Shown here in pieces: positions 14,038 to 23,602 of a DNA stretch of 32,000 bases. The notes below the pieces were generated by a model that had not been told where the DNA came from, made no database searches, and saw only the letters and a program-made list of their open reading frames with translations. The DNA lies in contig NZ_CP012159.1 of NCBI RefSeq assembly GCF_001189295.1, forward strand, positions 4,073,773 through 4,105,772, given 5' to 3'. Origin of the DNA: Chondromyces crocatus. Lineage in GTDB: Bacteria; Myxococcota_A; Polyangia; Polyangiales; Polyangiaceae. Both the position numbers and the translations under genes were made by a program. The first letter of the stretch is position 1, and each line of letters opens with the position of its first letter.

Positions 14038-16302
14038 CTACGAGCGCTTCGGCGCGATCGGGAGCTGCCGGATCCGGTTGCCGGTGAGCGCGAACAGGGC
14101 GTTCGCGATCGCGGGCGCGACGGGCGGCACGCCGGGTTCTCCGACGCCACCAGGGACCTCTTCGTTCTCCACGATGTGCACGTGGATGCGGCGCGGGGCC
14201 TCGCCGATGCGGACCACGGGGTAGTCGCGGAAGTTGGTCTGCTCGACGGCGCCCTTCTTCATCGTGATCGCCCCGTGGAAGGCCACGCTCATGCCGAAGA
14301 TGACGGCGCCTTCCATCTGCGCGCGCACGCGCTCGGCGTTCACGATGGTCCCGGCGTCGGCGACCAGCCACACCTCGTCGATGTGGGGTTGCCCATCCTT
14401 GCCGCGCACCGCCGAGGCGACCACGGCGACGGCCGTCAGGAAGCTGCGGTGAGCGGCGAGACCGAGGACGCGGCCTGCCTTCTTCCTGCCGTCCCAGCCC
14501 GACATCTCGGTCACGCGCTCGATGACCTTGCGGAAGCGTCCGACGTCGACCGGGTGCTGCTCGATGGGGGTGCCGTAGTTGGGGATCTTCTTCACCCCGG
14601 CTTCCTGAGGCGTGAGGATGCGTGGCGGGCCCAGCACGTCCAGCCAGGTGTCGCGCGGGTCCTGGCCGCGCGCGTGCGCAATCTCGTCGACGAAGCTGCC
14701 GATCGCGAACGAGTGGAAGATGTTGCAGACCGACCGCATCCAGCCGATGCGCACGTGTGCCTTCGCCTCGCAGGCCTCGACCTGCACGTTGGGGATGGCG
14801 AGCGGGAGGTCGAGCAGGCCCTGGCCCATCTCCCCTTCGGACGGGCGCTTCTGGCTGACGTCGAACGTCGACGGGATCGGCGGGAACGCCGAGCGGTGGC
14901 GCCAGGCGACGAGCTTGCCGTCGGCGGCGAGGCCGGCCTTCAGCGTCTGGGCGCTCACCGTGTGGTAGTAGGCGTGCTGGAGGTCGTCCTCGCGCGTCCA
15001 CTGCACGCGCACCGGCACGCCCATGGCTTTCGACAGGAGCGCGGCCTCCGACACGAAGTCCGGCTTGGACTTCCGGCCGAAGCCGCCGCCGAGCAGCGTG
15101 ACGTGAACGGTCACCTTGCTCTCGTCGACACCCAGCGCGCGGGCCACCTCGGTGATCGCCGCCTGAGGGTTCTGCGTCGCGGCCCAGGCCTCGCACGCGC
15201 CGTCCTTGAAGTGGGCCACCGCGGCGGGCGGCTCCATCGCGGCGTGGGCGAGGTGGGGCAGGTAGTACTCCGCCTCGATCGTGCGGGCGGCGCTGGCGAG
15301 CGCGCCATCCACGTCGCCCACCTTGCGCATCACCTCGCCGGGGACGCGCACGGCGGCGAGCAACCCCTCGCGGTAGGTCCCCGAGTCGTAGCTCGCGTTC
15401 TCGCCGTCATCCCAGGTCACCGACAGCGCCGCGCGCCCCTGGATGGCCGCCCACGTATGATCGGCGATCACGGCGACGCCGCCGAGCGGCTGGAACACCG
15501 GGGCGCCCGTGAAGGCCGGGATCTCCAGCACCTTGCGCACGCCTGGCACGGCGAGCGCCCTGGTCGCGTCGAACTTTGCCACCTTGCCACCCACCACGGG
15601 GGGACGCAGCACCACGGCCGTCAGCATCCCAGGCAGCCGGACGTCGGCGCCGAACTTGCCGCGTCCGGTCACGATGTCCGGCCCGTCGCGCAGCGGCAGC
15701 GCCGTGCCCACGTGCTTCAGCTCGTTCCTGGGGCGCAGCTTCACCTTCTTCGCGTCGGGGACGGGCAGCTTCCCGGCGTCGCCTGCCAGCTCACCGAAGC
15801 CGAGGGAGCGCTTCGTCCTGCTGTGCCACACGGCGTGCTCCCGCGCCTCGCACTCGCCTGCCGGGACCCGCCACCGTTTCGCCGCAACCGCGACGAGCTG
15901 CACCCGAGCGACGGCGCCCATCTGCCGCAGCTTCGTCCAGTCGTTGCGGATGCTGCGTGAGCCGTCGGTGTTCTGGTCGCCGTACTTCTTGTCGCCGTCG
16001 GCTTGCACCACCTTCACCCGGCCGAGATCCGCGCCCAGCTCGTCGGCGATGACCACGTGGAGCGAGCTGCGCACGCCCTGGCCCATCTCCGAGCGGTGAC
16101 AGACCACGACCACCGCGCCGTCCGTCGCGACGTGGACGAAGGGGTTGGGCGTCAGCCCGTCGGCTGCCGGCGGCGTTGCGACAGGCGCAGCCTCCGCGAT
16201 GCCTTCGTCGAGGAGTCCCAGCGTCAAGCCCGTGGCGACGAAGCCCAGCCCTTGCAAGAAGGAGCGCCGTCGCATCGAGACGTCAGCCACTCGCGCGCCC
16301 AT
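14038..16302 (-). CDS. molybdopterin-binding subunit of an aldehyde oxidase/xanthine dehydrogenase-family oxidoreductase (IorB-type), TAT-exported
   Basis: The start [25 protein letters not shown] carries a twin-arginine motif. A GGGFGRKSK motif is present. At about 754 aa the length is typical of the IorB type. The start codon overlaps the stop of the 2Fe-2S gene (TGATG). Confidence 0.88.
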   Translation of the reverse strand: MGARVADVSMRRRSFLQGLGFVATGLTLGLLDEGIAEAAPVATPPAADGLTPNPFVHVATDGAVVVVCHRSEMGQGVRSSLHVVIADELGADLGRVKVVQADGDKKYGDQNTDGSRSIRNDWTKLRQMGAVARVQLVAVAAKRWRVPAGECEAREHAVWHSRTKRSLGFGELAGDAGKLPVPDAKKVKLRPRNELKHVGTALPLRDGPDIVTGRGKFGADVRLPGMLTAVVLRPPVVGGKVAKFDATRALAVPGVRKVLEIPAFTGAPVFQPLGGVAVIADHTWAAIQGRAALSVTWDDGENASYDSGTYREGLLAAVRVPGEVMRKVGDVDGALASAARTIEAEYYLPHLAHAAMEPPAAVAHFKDGACEAWAATQNPQAAITEVARALGVDESKVTVHVTLLGGGFGRKSKPDFVSEAALLSKAMGVPVRVQWTREDDLQHAYYHTVSAQTLKAGLAADGKLVAWRHRSAFPPIPSTFDVSQKRPSEGEMGQGLLDLPLAIPNVQVEACEAKAHVRIGWMRSVCNIFHSFAIGSFVDEIAHARGQDPRDTWLDVLGPPRILTPQEAGVKKIPNYGTPIEQHPVDVGRFRKVIERVTEMSGWDGRKKAGRVLGLAAHRSFLTAVAVVASAVRGKDGQPHIDEVWLVADAGTIVNAERVRAQMEGAVIFGMSVAFHGAITMKKGAVEQTNFRDYPVVRIGEAPRRIHVHIVENEEVPGGVGEPGVPPVAPAIANALFALTGNRIRQLPIAPKRS

Positions 16303-16763
16303 CACTCCTCCTTCGGCAGCCCGGCGGCGACCCGGACCGCGGCGCGGATGCGGGTGTACGTGCCGCACCGGCAGATGTTGCCCGCGAGCGAAGTGTCGAT
16401 CTCCTCGTTCGTGGGCCGTGGCTTCTTCGAGAGCAGCGCGGCGGCGCTCATGATCTGGCCGGACTGGCAGTAGCCGCACTGCGGGACTCCCAGCTCGACC
16501 CACGCCTTTTGCAGCGGGTGGCTGCCATCAGCGGAGAGCCCCTCGATCGTGGTCACGCTCTTGCCGGCTGCGCGCCGCACGGGCGTCACGCACGCCCGCA
16601 CCGCCTCGCCGTCCAGGTGCACCACGCAGGCACCGCACAGGGCTTCGCCGCACCCGTATTTGGTCCCCGTCAGGCCGAGCAGATCGCGCACCACCCAGAG
16701 CAGCGGCATCTCCGGATCGGCGTCGATCTTGTACCCCGTTCCGTTCACGCTGAGGGTGATCAT
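16302..16763 (-). CDS. (2Fe-2S)-binding small subunit (IorA-type) of the oxidoreductase
   Basis: The protein reads [41 protein letters not shown], giving two [2Fe-2S] cysteine clusters in 153 aa. The start at ATG 16763..16761 overlaps the upstream gene's stop by 4 bp. Confidence 0.9.
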   Translation of the reverse strand: MITLSVNGTGYKIDADPEMPLLWVVRDLLGLTGTKYGCGEALCGACVVHLDGEAVRACVTPVRRAAGKSVTTIEGLSADGSHPLQKAWVELGVPQCGYCQSGQIMSAAALLSKKPRPTNEEIDTSLAGNICRCGTYTRIRAAVRVAAGLPKEE

Positions 16764-17398
16764 CGTCGCGCTTCCTCCTCGGGGCAGATGGCCCCCGTGT
16801 CGATCCACGCGGCCACGAGGGCGCCGAACACCGCCTGCGAGCCAGGGGCGGGCTCCCGATCCGCACCAGGGTTCCATCCCCAGGCCACGAGCGGATCGTG
16901 CGCCGTGTGCTTTGCGATCTCGGCGAGCGTCTTGCCGCCGTTGCGCTTCGGGTCCTTGATCTGCGCGCAGATGGCCGCCGGCGTTCGCCCGAGCCACGCC
17001 ATCTCGATTGGCGCCAGGTGCCAGTCCGGTGCGCCAGGGACCCTGGAGTGCGCGAGGTTCTTGTCCTGATGGCAGGAGCCGCACTGCAGCGCCGGTACGC
17101 CGTGGTTGTCTGGCCCTCGCACGACCGGAGGCGAGTGCAGCTCGGCGCGCTCGCGCTGGCGCGGCTGATCGTCGTGAGGGTGGCAGTTCACGCAGCGCGG
17201 GTGCGTCAGCACCTTGGCCGCTTCCAGAAAGAGCGCTTTCGAGCGCGCCTCCTCGCTGGGCATCCGGGCGAAGGCCTCAGGGCCGAGCAACTCACCAGGC
17301 GGCGCCTGAGGTGGGCTCTCCGTCGGAGGCGGCGTGTTGGTGTTCGCGCCGGAGCATCCGGCGATGAAAAGGAACGAGTAAATGAGTCGTCGGTCCAT
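16760..17398 (-). CDS. lipoprotein with two CxxCH haem-c motifs (putative dihaem cytochrome c partner of the oxidoreductase)
   Basis: The start [17 protein letters not shown] carries a lipobox. The haem motifs are [10 protein letters not shown] and [10 protein letters not shown]. It is translationally coupled to the 2Fe-2S gene. The 240-aa track ORF has a 28-aa 5' extension that I excluded. Confidence 0.72.
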   Translation of the reverse strand: MDRRLIYSFLFIAGCSGANTNTPPPTESPPQAPPGELLGPEAFARMPSEEARSKALFLEAAKVLTHPRCVNCHPHDDQPRQRERAELHSPPVVRGPDNHGVPALQCGSCHQDKNLAHSRVPGAPDWHLAPIEMAWLGRTPAAICAQIKDPKRNGGKTLAEIAKHTAHDPLVAWGWNPGADREPAPGSQAVFGALVAAWIDTGAICPEEEARR

Positions 17399-17521
17399 CA
17401 CCTGGTCGCCGTTCAGGCTTAGAGCCAGAGCATGGACCTGTCGAGCCGAAAGGCGGGTCTCTTCGCCGACCTCCGGACTCACGTCGACTTACATTTCAGG
17501 GGCGAAGCGCATGCCTTCCTG

Positions 17522-17549
17522 ACCTGCCAGGGCGCGACACCTGCCAAGG
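17522..17549 (-). promoter_or_regulatory. direct repeat of CCTTGGCAGGT / CCCTGGCAGGT (minus-strand reading) upstream of the oxidoreductase operon
   Basis: Two TGGCAG-containing 10-11-mers sit 17 bp apart, 125-150 bp upstream of the cytochrome lipoprotein ATG (17398). The upstream copy reads TGGCAG-N7-GC, loosely like a sigma-54 -24/-12 spacing, but the -12 element is poor. Confidence 0.2.
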
Positions 17550-17595
17550 CGCGGCTGGATGCCGCGTCGGTGGGCCCCTGTGCAGGCGTGCGTGG

Positions 17596-18111
17596 TCAGC
17601 GACCCACCAGGGCGTCGCTGGCGAGCAGCGGGTTCTTCCGGATGATCTCTGCGTTGATCGCGCCAGCGAGGCCGAGCCACCCCAGGTAGGGCGCCATGAG
17701 GAGCGGGGCTTTGGCGTCGACCCGCTGTGCAACCGCGGTGTAAGCGGAGACCGTCCCGATCAGCGCGGTCATGTCCGCGAGCGCGAGCTGCGGTCGGTGC
17801 TTGCCGAAGAAGAGCGGGGTCCACGCCGCGTTCAGACCGAGCTGCGCCGCCCAGAGCGCGAGCGCGGCGCTTCGATCGGCGCTCTTCGGTGCCCAGGCGA
17901 CGCGGTTCGCGGAGATGGCCATCAATGCGTACAGGCCGGTCCACACGATCGGGAACACCACGGGGGGTGGCTGAAACACGGGTTTGCGCAGCGCTCGGTA
18001 CCAGACGTCGCGTTTCGGTCGGGTGACGCGGCTCCCCACCACGGCAGCTGCCGCCGTGAGGCCGCCGAACACGGCGAGGCTGAGCAGAGAGCGCACCTGT
18101 CGGTTGAGCAT
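17596..18111 (-). CDS. tspO: TspO/MBR family tryptophan-rich sensory protein
   Basis: The sequence MLNRQVRSLLSLAVFGG..FQPPPVVFPIVWTGLYALMAISA..LWAAQLGLNAAWTPLFFG..APYLGWLGLAGAIN gives five TM helices and a Trp-rich signature. Start taken at ATG 18111; ATG 18156 is an alternative. Confidence 0.85.
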   Translation of the reverse strand: MLNRQVRSLLSLAVFGGLTAAAAVVGSRVTRPKRDVWYRALRKPVFQPPPVVFPIVWTGLYALMAISANRVAWAPKSADRSAALALWAAQLGLNAAWTPLFFGKHRPQLALADMTALIGTVSAYTAVAQRVDAKAPLLMAPYLGWLGLAGAINAEIIRKNPLLASDALVGR

Positions 18112-18318
18112 GACGTTCCCTCCCAAGGCACCTCTGGCCCTGTGGTCCCGGATCATGGCAAAGCCCGTACCGCTGCTCGGTGTGACCCCGGCCGAGCTGC
18201 GGCCTGCTCCAGGCCGAGCGCTGTCCACCTCGACCTCGAGCGTCCGGCCACTCGGCACCGACGACGTCACTCCTCGGGTTCTTTTTTCACCGCGTATTCC
18301 TGACGAGAGAGGCGCGCT

Positions 18319-19455
18319 TCACCGGTCTTCGTTCCTGTCCCCTCCCGGCCGCGTCGTCCTCTGTCTGCCTGTGGGTCCACGTGCTGCCTGCTGGTGTCCG
18401 ACGCAGGCGGCGATGCCTTGCCGGAGGTTGCGCAGAATCTGGACTCCCTCCAGCGAAGCCTCCGACGCGATCAGCTCGTGGGCGAGGGAGGGCAGCACGC
18501 CCGTGATGATGGGCCTCGCGTCCAGCAGCGACAGGGCGCGCACGAGGGAGAGCAGGTCGCTCGCGCTGACGGTGCTGGCGCCGGTCAGATCCAGGATCAC
18601 CGACCCGGCCTGCTGCTCGACGACGCGCGTCAGCAAGGTCTCCGTGAGCTGAGCCCCGCGGGCCCGATCGAGCTGGCCGATGATGGGCACGGCGAGGGTC
18701 TGCGGAGCCACCTCGAGGATGGGCGCCGAGAGAGCCAGGATCTCCTGCCGCTGTTGCTCGATCAGCGCGTCGCGCTCGCGCCGCTGCGTCAGGTCGTACT
18801 GCTGCAAGAGCACCGCGGGCGCGCCGGTGGCCGGATCCACGTTCGAGCGCGCCTCGAGCCCGTGCCACCGGGGACCGCACCTGGTCTCCACCTGGAACTC
18901 GCCTGCGAACACCTGTCCTGCCGCGACCTCTGCCAGCAAGGCCTCGGGGACCGCGGGTTCGGTGAACCAGGGGTAGATGGACGTCTGCTCGCCGAAGGCC
19001 TGCTGGGTCGCGTAGTTCTGGAGGAGCGTCTCGCCGGTGGGGGAGACGACCGCGACCATGACCGTGGTGTGTTGCAAGGCCTCCACACCGCGGAGCTGGA
19101 GCGGATCGATGTCGGTCCGCTCATGGCCCTCGCAGAGCCAGTGGAGGCTTCCGTTCTCCCCCTTCAGCCCGGATACCGTGCAGAGGATCCGCGCCGGCTG
19201 GCCGCGCGGGTAGAGCGTCATCTCGTCGCGCCAGATCCGACCCTGAAGCAAGGCCTCACGGATCATGCGGTTCCGTGTCTTCGCCGAGGCCGACAGGTTC
19301 GACAGGTCGCGCTGAAACAGCTCTTCCTCGCTGTCGGCTCGCCAGAGATCGAGCGCCGCTCGGTTCGCCCACACGACACGGTAGCGTTCGGTATCGAAGA
19401 CCCACACCGGGGTAGTCAGCAGTTTCGCTCCCGCCAGGCGTTCGTCCAGCAGCAT
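18319..19455 (-). CDS. PAS-PAS-STAS sensor protein (RsbR-like architecture)
   Basis: Starts at MLLDERLAG. There are two PAS-like modules (VWVFDTERYRVVWANRAALDLW and VAVVSPTGETLLQNYATQQAFG). The C-terminal STAS reads APILEVAPQTLAVPIIGQLDRARGAQLTETLL..VILDLTGASTVSASD..LLDARPIITGVLPSLA. Confidence 0.8.
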   Translation of the reverse strand: MLLDERLAGAKLLTTPVWVFDTERYRVVWANRAALDLWRADSEEELFQRDLSNLSASAKTRNRMIREALLQGRIWRDEMTLYPRGQPARILCTVSGLKGENGSLHWLCEGHERTDIDPLQLRGVEALQHTTVMVAVVSPTGETLLQNYATQQAFGEQTSIYPWFTEPAVPEALLAEVAAGQVFAGEFQVETRCGPRWHGLEARSNVDPATGAPAVLLQQYDLTQRRERDALIEQQRQEILALSAPILEVAPQTLAVPIIGQLDRARGAQLTETLLTRVVEQQAGSVILDLTGASTVSASDLLSLVRALSLLDARPIITGVLPSLAHELIASEASLEGVQILRNLRQGIAACVGHQQAARGPTGRQRTTRPGGDRNEDR

Positions 19456-19602
19456 GGATCTGGCCTTAGCATACGAGGAGCCGACAGTTTCGCAGTTGCG
19501 CACGGATCGAGGACTCGCGCGGGGCACGCACCCTCGGTCGCCAGGGATGCGAACCTTCGCTGCCCCCCTTGGCGTGAATTGCCACCCTTGCTGCGCTCAC
19601 GA

Positions 19603-19644
19603 GCGACCGAGGGGGGCTCAGGGAGGGGGGCGGGGCTCGGTCGC
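19603..19644. other. 9-bp inverted repeat (GCGACCGAG / CTCGGTCGC) enclosing a G-quadruplex-type tract G6-CTCA-G3-A-G6-C-G4
   Basis: Read directly. It lies in the 375-bp divergent region between the PAS-STAS gene (start 19455) and the M14 peptidase gene (start 19831). Confidence 0.5.
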
Positions 19645-19830
19645 GTGGGTTGGGCTCGTCTGCAAGGTGGCTCGACCCAGCGGGTCCTGGTCGGGCCTGC
19701 GCCGTCTGGTCTCGTGCGAGGTCGCGTCGAGATCTGTGGCGCGACGTCCTCGACGTGGAAGGGGGGCAACGGCGCGCATGGAGCACACGCTCTCCTTGCT
19801 CCTGGAGGCGCCGTGCGGCATGGCCCAGGG

Positions 19831-21594
19831 ATGCATGATCGCGACCCGTCTGCCCGCTCTGGCGCCTCCAGCGTCGCCTTGCTCGACGATCTCTCGGTCG
19901 GCTTTCGCGGTCGCTACGTCGCCTACGACGCCCTGACGCGTCAGGTGCAAGCCTGGGCGAAGGCGTTCCCCGGCCTCGTGCGCCTGACCAGCCTGGTGAC
20001 CACGCCCGAGGGGCGGGAGCTGTGGCTGCTCACGATCGGTCCGGAGCCGGACCGGATCCGCCCGGCGGCGTGGGTCGATGGCAACATGCACGCCTCGGAG
20101 TACTCGGGGACGAGCGTCGCGCTGGCGATCGCCGAGGATGTCCTCCGGGCGCACCTCGACCCGACGAGGATGCTGCACGATCTGCCGCAGCACCTGGTCG
20201 ACATCGTGCGACAGGATGTCCTGCTCTACGTGCTGCCCCGCCTCTCGCCGGACGGCGCAGAGCGTGTGATCGGGACCGACGCTTACGTGCGTTCGGTCCC
20301 GCGAGACGGCCGACTCGGGCGCGCCGCGCCGTACTGGCGGCATGCCGACGTCGACGGCGATGGCAAGGCGAGGCTGATGCGGAAGGAAGATCCGGCGGGG
20401 GATTTCGTGGCCTCGCAGGACGTCGCGGGTCTGATGCTGCCGAGGCGGATCGAGGATCCCGGCCCTTTTTATGCGCTGTACCCGGAGGGATTCATCGAGG
20501 GCTGGGACGGCTTCACGGTTCCGATGCCCAGCTACCTCTCGGACAACGAGACCGATCTGAACCGCAACTTTCCCTACGGGTGGGCGCCAGAGCCCAGGCA
20601 GTGGGGGGCCGGTCCTTATGCGGCGAGCGAGCCCGAGGCGCGTGCGGTGACCGAGTTCGCGGTGAAGCACCCGAACATCTTCGCCTGGCTCAACCTGCAC
20701 ACGTTCGGCGGCGTCTTCATCCGCCCCTCGGGGGATCGGTCGGACAAGAAGATGGATCAAGCGGATCTGGAGCTGTACCTCCAGCTCGGCGAGTGGGCAG
20801 AGCAGGTCGTCGGCTATCCGATGGTGAGCATGTTCGAGGAGTTCACCTACGAGCCGGACACGCCGCTCTCCGGGGATCTCTGCACGTTCGCGTATGCACA
20901 GCGTGGCGCGGTCTCCATGGTCTGCGAGCTCTGGGACTTCTGGAAGCAGTCGGGGGTGGAGGTGCTCCGGCCCTTCGTCTGGAACTACCAGCGGCGGACG
21001 CGCGCGGACCTGATCCAGATCGGGCGCTGGGATCGTGAGCACAACCAAGGGAGGCTCCTCGGGCGGTGGCGTTCGTTCGACCACCCGCAGCTCGGTCCGG
21101 TGGAGATCGGGGGCTACGATCCCTTCGAGAGCATCGTCAACCCGCCGCCCGAGCGGCTCTCGGAGCTGTGCGAGCAGCAGGCGCGGTTCTTCCTGCGGCT
21201 TGCCGCGCTGGCGCCTCGGCTCCGGCTTGCTCGTGTCGAGACGACGGTGATCGGCGAGGGGCTCACGCGGCTCGAGGCGACCGTGGAGAACGTGGGGTTC
21301 TTGCCGACGTACGTGCTGTCGTCTTCCCGGGGGCTGCCCTGGAACGAGCCCGTGCAGGCAGAGATCGCGCTGGAGCCAGGCGTCGAGCTGGTGTCGGGTG
21401 AGGTGACGCAGCAGGTCGGGCACCTCGGGGGCTGGGGGGGCTATCAGAAGTCGTCCGTGCCCTACATGGCCCGGACCTCGGGGACCACGCCGCGGCACAA
21501 GGTGAGCTGGGTGGTGCGCGGGCGCGGTGGGGTCGTGCTCCGGGCGCGCTCGGTGCGCGTGGGGCAAGTCGAGGCCCGCGTCGCGCTGACGTGA
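19831..21594 (+). CDS. M14-family zinc carboxypeptidase, no evident signal peptide, with a C-terminal extra domain
   Basis: The zinc ligand motifs are WVDGNMHASEYSG (HxxE) and WLNLHTFGG (third His). The start ATG 19831 (MHDRDPS) is chosen inside a 1066-aa track ORF whose 5' part is antisense to the PAS-STAS gene. GTG 19813 is an alternative start. Confidence 0.78.
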   Translation: MHDRDPSARSGASSVALLDDLSVGFRGRYVAYDALTRQVQAWAKAFPGLVRLTSLVTTPEGRELWLLTIGPEPDRIRPAAWVDGNMHASEYSGTSVALAIAEDVLRAHLDPTRMLHDLPQHLVDIVRQDVLLYVLPRLSPDGAERVIGTDAYVRSVPRDGRLGRAAPYWRHADVDGDGKARLMRKEDPAGDFVASQDVAGLMLPRRIEDPGPFYALYPEGFIEGWDGFTVPMPSYLSDNETDLNRNFPYGWAPEPRQWGAGPYAASEPEARAVTEFAVKHPNIFAWLNLHTFGGVFIRPSGDRSDKKMDQADLELYLQLGEWAEQVVGYPMVSMFEEFTYEPDTPLSGDLCTFAYAQRGAVSMVCELWDFWKQSGVEVLRPFVWNYQRRTRADLIQIGRWDREHNQGRLLGRWRSFDHPQLGPVEIGGYDPFESIVNPPPERLSELCEQQARFFLRLAALAPRLRLARVETTVIGEGLTRLEATVENVGFLPTYVLSSSRGLPWNEPVQAEIALEPGVELVSGEVTQQVGHLGGWGGYQKSSVPYMARTSGTTPRHKVSWVVRGRGGVVLRARSVRVGQVEARVALT

Positions 21595-21607
21595 CCGCGT
21601 TCGGCGC

Positions 21608-22822
<1,215 letters not shown>

Positions 22823-22889
22823 GGGTCGGGACGAAGGTGGGCTGTGCGGTGCGCTGGTCGCGCGCTCGAGGCTGGGCTAGGGCGATCGC

Positions 22890-23531
22890 ATGCGCCTCTA
22901 CACCTTCATCCACTCGCCGAGCCCGCTCAAGGTGCGCCTCGCCCTGGCGGAGATGGGTCTGGACTACGAGGCGGTCGAGGTGAACCTGTTCCGCGGAGAG
23001 CACCAGACGGAGGCCTTCGCGAAGGTGAACCCGCACCGCAAGGTCCCGGTGCTGGAGGACGGAGCGCTGCTCCTTCGAGAGTCGAACGCGATCCTGAGCT
23101 ACCTGGGCCGCACGCGGGACACGCCACGCTGGCCGAACGTGCCGACCTCGGAGGCGCTCGCGATGCAGTGGCTGTTCTTCGAGAGCGCGAACCTCGCCTC
23201 GCCATGCTCCACGCTCTGGTGGAACGACATGGTGGCCCCGGTGCTGGGTCAGCGCGGCATCGACGAGACCTTGGTGAGACAGGCGGCGATCGATCTGGAG
23301 CGACCGCTCGACCTGCTGGACGCGCACCTGGAAGACCGCCGCTTCCTGATGGGCCACTCGCTGTCGCTGGCCGACTGCTCGGTGGGGGTGTCGCTGATGA
23401 TGCTGATCGGAACGCGGCTCGGCGATCTCCAGCGCTGGCCGCGCGTGGCGGCTTACCGAGACGCGATCCGGCGACGGGCGAGCTGGGGGGAAGCGCACGG
23501 CGAGGGGATCCTCGATCTCAGGCTGAGCTGA
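22890..23531 (+). CDS. glutathione S-transferase
   Basis: The sequence MRLYTFIHSPSPLKVRLALAEMGLDYEAVEVNLFRGEHQTEAFAKVNPHRKVPVLEDGALLLRESNAILSYLG is a classic N-terminal thioredoxin-like GST domain with the ES motif. Confidence 0.85.
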   Translation: MRLYTFIHSPSPLKVRLALAEMGLDYEAVEVNLFRGEHQTEAFAKVNPHRKVPVLEDGALLLRESNAILSYLGRTRDTPRWPNVPTSEALAMQWLFFESANLASPCSTLWWNDMVAPVLGQRGIDETLVRQAAIDLERPLDLLDAHLEDRRFLMGHSLSLADCSVGVSLMMLIGTRLGDLQRWPRVAAYRDAIRRRASWGEAHGEGILDLRLS

Positions 23532-23602
23532 GGGGAGCGCTTTCAGGTCGCGGCTGCTCGGGACTATGCTGCGTCCGAGCGCCGGTCCTGGCGCTGGTCT
23601 CG

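Noticed and set aside
14026-15960. 644-aa plus-strand ORF
   Set aside because: It is antisense to the Moco subunit gene (GGGFGRKSK and a TAT signal on the minus strand). Its composition is Arg/Gly/His/Asp-rich.
18394-19830. 5' 479 codons of the 1066-aa ORF 18394..21594
   Set aside because: This part is antisense to the PAS-PAS-STAS gene and crosses the intergenic region. M14 peptidase homology only begins after ATG 19831.
19618-21567. 649-aa minus-strand ORF
   Set aside because: It is antisense to the M14 carboxypeptidase. It is Arg/Pro/His-rich with no motifs.
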